A DNA stretch of 64,000 nucleotides from Octopus sinensis (lineage: Eukaryota). Each line of letters begins with the position of its first letter. The first letter of the stretch is position 1. Positions 60,541-64,000 of this stretch are shown piece after piece. The position numbers were made by a program, and so were the translations under genes. The stretch is taken from positions 20,026,001-20,090,000 of the forward strand of contig NC_042997.1 in NCBI RefSeq assembly GCF_006345805.1. The letters are read 5' to 3'. The notes under the pieces are model-generated. The model did not search any database, was not told where the DNA came from, and worked only from the letters and a program-made list of their open reading frames with translations.

Positions 60541-63500
60541 AGGTATTACCTCGATTGGAGACAGATGAGGATTGGTAAGAAGGAGGCATCTAGTTACAGG
60601 AAATTTTATTCAATGAGTTCTGTCTAATCCATACAAGAATGGTAAATTGGTTGCTGGTAATAATGTCAATGATTGTAGTGACAGCAATGATGGTAATGGT
60701 AGCAGCAGAGGTATCGATGATAACAACGATGATGAAATAAAGATTTGAGAAGCCTTCCAAAAGAACCCAGATGATAATATAAAATCGAAATAAAAATATT
60801 TAGAAATCCACAATTTTTAATAACTTATATATGATATATAAATATGACTAGTTAATTTGATTTGTTCCTCAGAACAAATCCTATAGTAAGCCCAAAGTAA
60901 TTTCTATAAGCAGAATAATTGTTCTTAGCAATTAACTAGTGTTCCACAATAATGAATTAGAAAATTAAATTAATATTAATAAATGAAGATAATTATGATT
61001 CGGTTCATAATCCACAATCTGAAATCTGATGCCAACAGAATGTATTTGCTACATATCTAAGGAAAGTGGGAACTCAGCCAAGTTGGAAATTACTATATAA
61101 TAATGGCTACAAAGATATTTGTATAATACTGCACAGAATAAGTAGAATTTACAAATTAATGAGGAAACCCAAGTAGATTTTTCAAATAATGGGTTTTATT
61201 TAATAAAAAAAAATTTTAATAAATAAAATGAATAAACTGCAAGATTTTATGTTAAATACAGCATAGTAGCTGAGAGACTGAAGAAAATAATTTAACTATG
61301 ACATAGGGCTCAACTTTTTAATATTAAAAGATAAAATAAATCCATAAAACTGTAGGGCATTTCAAGAGTAGGAAGGCGTCCAGGGACTGGTTCTTCCTTC
61401 AAGAGTCTTGAAGCCTGGATATTGATAATTTTATATTCATTCAAGAGTAAATATAATAGTTTCTTTAGTCTAAGAGCAGAAACAGAAAGACTGTTTGTCA
61501 TTGTGCTTAATCACAAAAGCCATATGGAAAATATAAGCCAACAAAGAAGCCTCCATCAGGTTGTAGCTGCTTGCTAGAAATACCAGCCAAATTTCATTGA
61601 GTTTAACTTTGCTTTTTATCTTTCCAGAGTTGATTAAATTAAGTATCAATCAAACACTTAGGTTAACTTAGCATTCCTCCACAAAATATGTCTGTGTTAG
61701 AAACACATACTAAATTCAAGCATAGAAGAAATGTTAAGCAAGTTCAGTAATTTCTTTGACATTTGCATGAATTATCTTTAAAAATAGCATTGATAAGTAC
61801 AGTTCAAAATTTATTAAGTATTTTCTCAGCAATGTGAATACAACACAGTTTCATACAACATATACCTGCATTCAGCACAGGCCAGCATAAAAACAGATAT
61901 GAAATAACGACATGAAGTACATGGAAAGTAACAGAAAAATTCCTCCCGATAAATGATAAAACTAGGCTACAAATTTTTCAGAGACTATTGACTGCTGACA
62001 CCAGTACTTACCACGTGCTTATTATTATACTCTGGAAGGATGGTAGGTAAAGACAGCCTAGAGGATTTGAACTCAAAACATTAAGAGGCATGACCAAATA
62101 CTGTGAGACTTTTCATCTGGTATGCTACAAATTATGCAATCCGCTGATAAAAATAACACAAATAGTACTGTACTTGATGGCATATAAGACACAATTTTTT
62201 TCCCCAAATATTTTAAGGAATAACCATGGGTGCTTTATGTGAAGTTGAACCTATGTTACTTGTTTTAAGGCACTAAAATTTTTTCCCTGAATATGTGCTG
62301 CTGAAATTGAAATGTGTCTAATATGGTCATATGTTTTTTATGCCACCAAATATGGTAATTTCCTATTTCAACAGGAGAAAGTTATTTGTGAAGGAGAAGG
62401 AGGAAGAGTGTTGTTGATTGGATATACATCAATATATGACTGTCTCCCAATCCTCTGAGGTCAATGAAATAAATACCAAAGTTAATATGGTATTTGAACT
62501 TTTCCATCATTAATTCCATTGTGTTACATTCTGACTTCAGTGCTGTATGATTTCTTCCACCCTTTTGCCACCAGTAACCATAATTGATGTTTGATATCTT
62601 TTTAACCATAACATCATGATTTGGACAGTATTATCATAAAGCATAATACCAATAACAACAATAAACTAGTGGAGAAGCAAACTTGAGAAATAGCAGCCAA
62701 TTCTCTCTCAAATCATAATCTATTAGCTATATAAAAAAAAGGGCGCATTGAGTCATGAGGCCTGAAATAAGTTTGAAAAGACAGGCTGGTTATGGCTAAA
62801 ACACTTGTGATAATAAGTCTGCTCTCTCAGAGCTGACCAATAAGACCAATAATATTTTTCTCTGACATTGGTACAATACCATAAAATTTGAAGGATATGG
62901 TGTGGTCTGTTTAATTGGTTCTATGTATTTGATGAGTACTTTATTTGATCAAATTCTGAAGAATGAAAAGCAAAGTGGACATCAGCAGAACGTGAAATTT
63001 GGACTTAAATGCCTTTAGACAACTTGTCTCATTTTCAGAAAACTCGACCAGAAGTGTAAACTGCCTGGGAATACTTATAATGTTTAGTTAAAAATACATA
63101 TATGATGTACATATGAATTTTAAGTTAGAAGTTTCAAGAAAACAGCTAACTGGCTGATAAAGTACATGTCACTGTTGCTTAAAACAGAAATGCTAAAACT
63201 AGAGAATAATTATGTCTCTAACCCTACCAGTAATTAGGTAAAACTATAAACATGGGGACTAAACCTTTGTGGTATTAGAAAAACAAGAGGGCACAGAAGC
63301 AGGGTCTGGATTCAAGAAGTGACTGTTAGTTGACTGAGAAAGCTTAGAACGTCACTAAAAAAATAAATAAATGAAATTCGACTTGGTAACATGTTTTGAA
63401 CACATAAACTGATAAAACTAAACATTATAATGCATCTAACTAACTGCATGCATAGCAATATAGAAGACTATTAATGCTAACAATAAATGTTATATTGAAT

Positions 63501-64000
63501 AGATTAGAAGGATATCAAGGAACAGTTCAATATTTGCTTAAAAGTAGGACTGAAATTTGAGACTGAAGATAGTTATGCAAGATCAAAGCTTTCAGAATAG
63601 GAATTACTAAAAACAATAAATAATGAAACAACTTCAAAACAGAAAAAACAAATCACTCCAGAAAATGTTATACAGATAATCAATGCCGTTGTTTCTGAAC
63701 TTCTGAGAGGGAGCTATAACTGAATATATAAACAAAGTGTTAGAAGTTTTTGACATAGGAAACCTTTCCGATAGAACCAAATCGATAAAGAAAATAGGTA
63801 ATGTACATATATAGCACTTTAGTCTCTCTCTGTCTGTCTGTCTTTCTCTCTGTCTCTCTCTTTCTATGTCTCTCTCTCTCTCCCTCTCTCTCTCTCTCAC
63901 ACACTCACTCACGTTTACCTGACAAAGTCAACATATTTTAGGCATGTCAATTCATATTAACAGGGAAATAATAGCAAACTCTACTGACATCAGTATTCTG

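Overview
AT-rich, microsatellite-dense eukaryotic DNA dominated by transposable-element relics. The SINE/LINE repertoire resembles an octopus or other coleoid cephalopod genome; this is my inference from recalled repeat families, not a search. No host protein-coding gene can be named. Supported elements: a degenerate mariner transposase (108-945); three Hero-like REL-type LINE fragments (2.0-5.8 kb); two Penelope-like GIY-YIG fragments; hAT and mariner-type MITEs with TSDs; a Helitron Rep fragment and a Helitron 3' terminus; a DUF4817-type Tc1/mariner relic; a CR1 3' fragment; a Ty3/Gypsy deletion relic; a young but inactivated 3.25-kb RTE LINE with a PHD-like finger inside its RT; and many tRNA-derived SINEs. 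A compact NRF1/ETS promoter-like module lies at 24.54-24.60 kb, with only weak candidate exons nearby. Most notable observations: a tRNA-headed SINE whose tail is an intact minimal type-I hammerhead ribozyme of the Penelope kind; a perfect 217-bp inverted duplication that copies a candidate exon into antisense; a perfect 330-bp spacerless palindrome; and the promoter module lying between two co-oriented Helitron parts. All translations and alignments were done by eye, and TE boundaries without a TSD are approximate.
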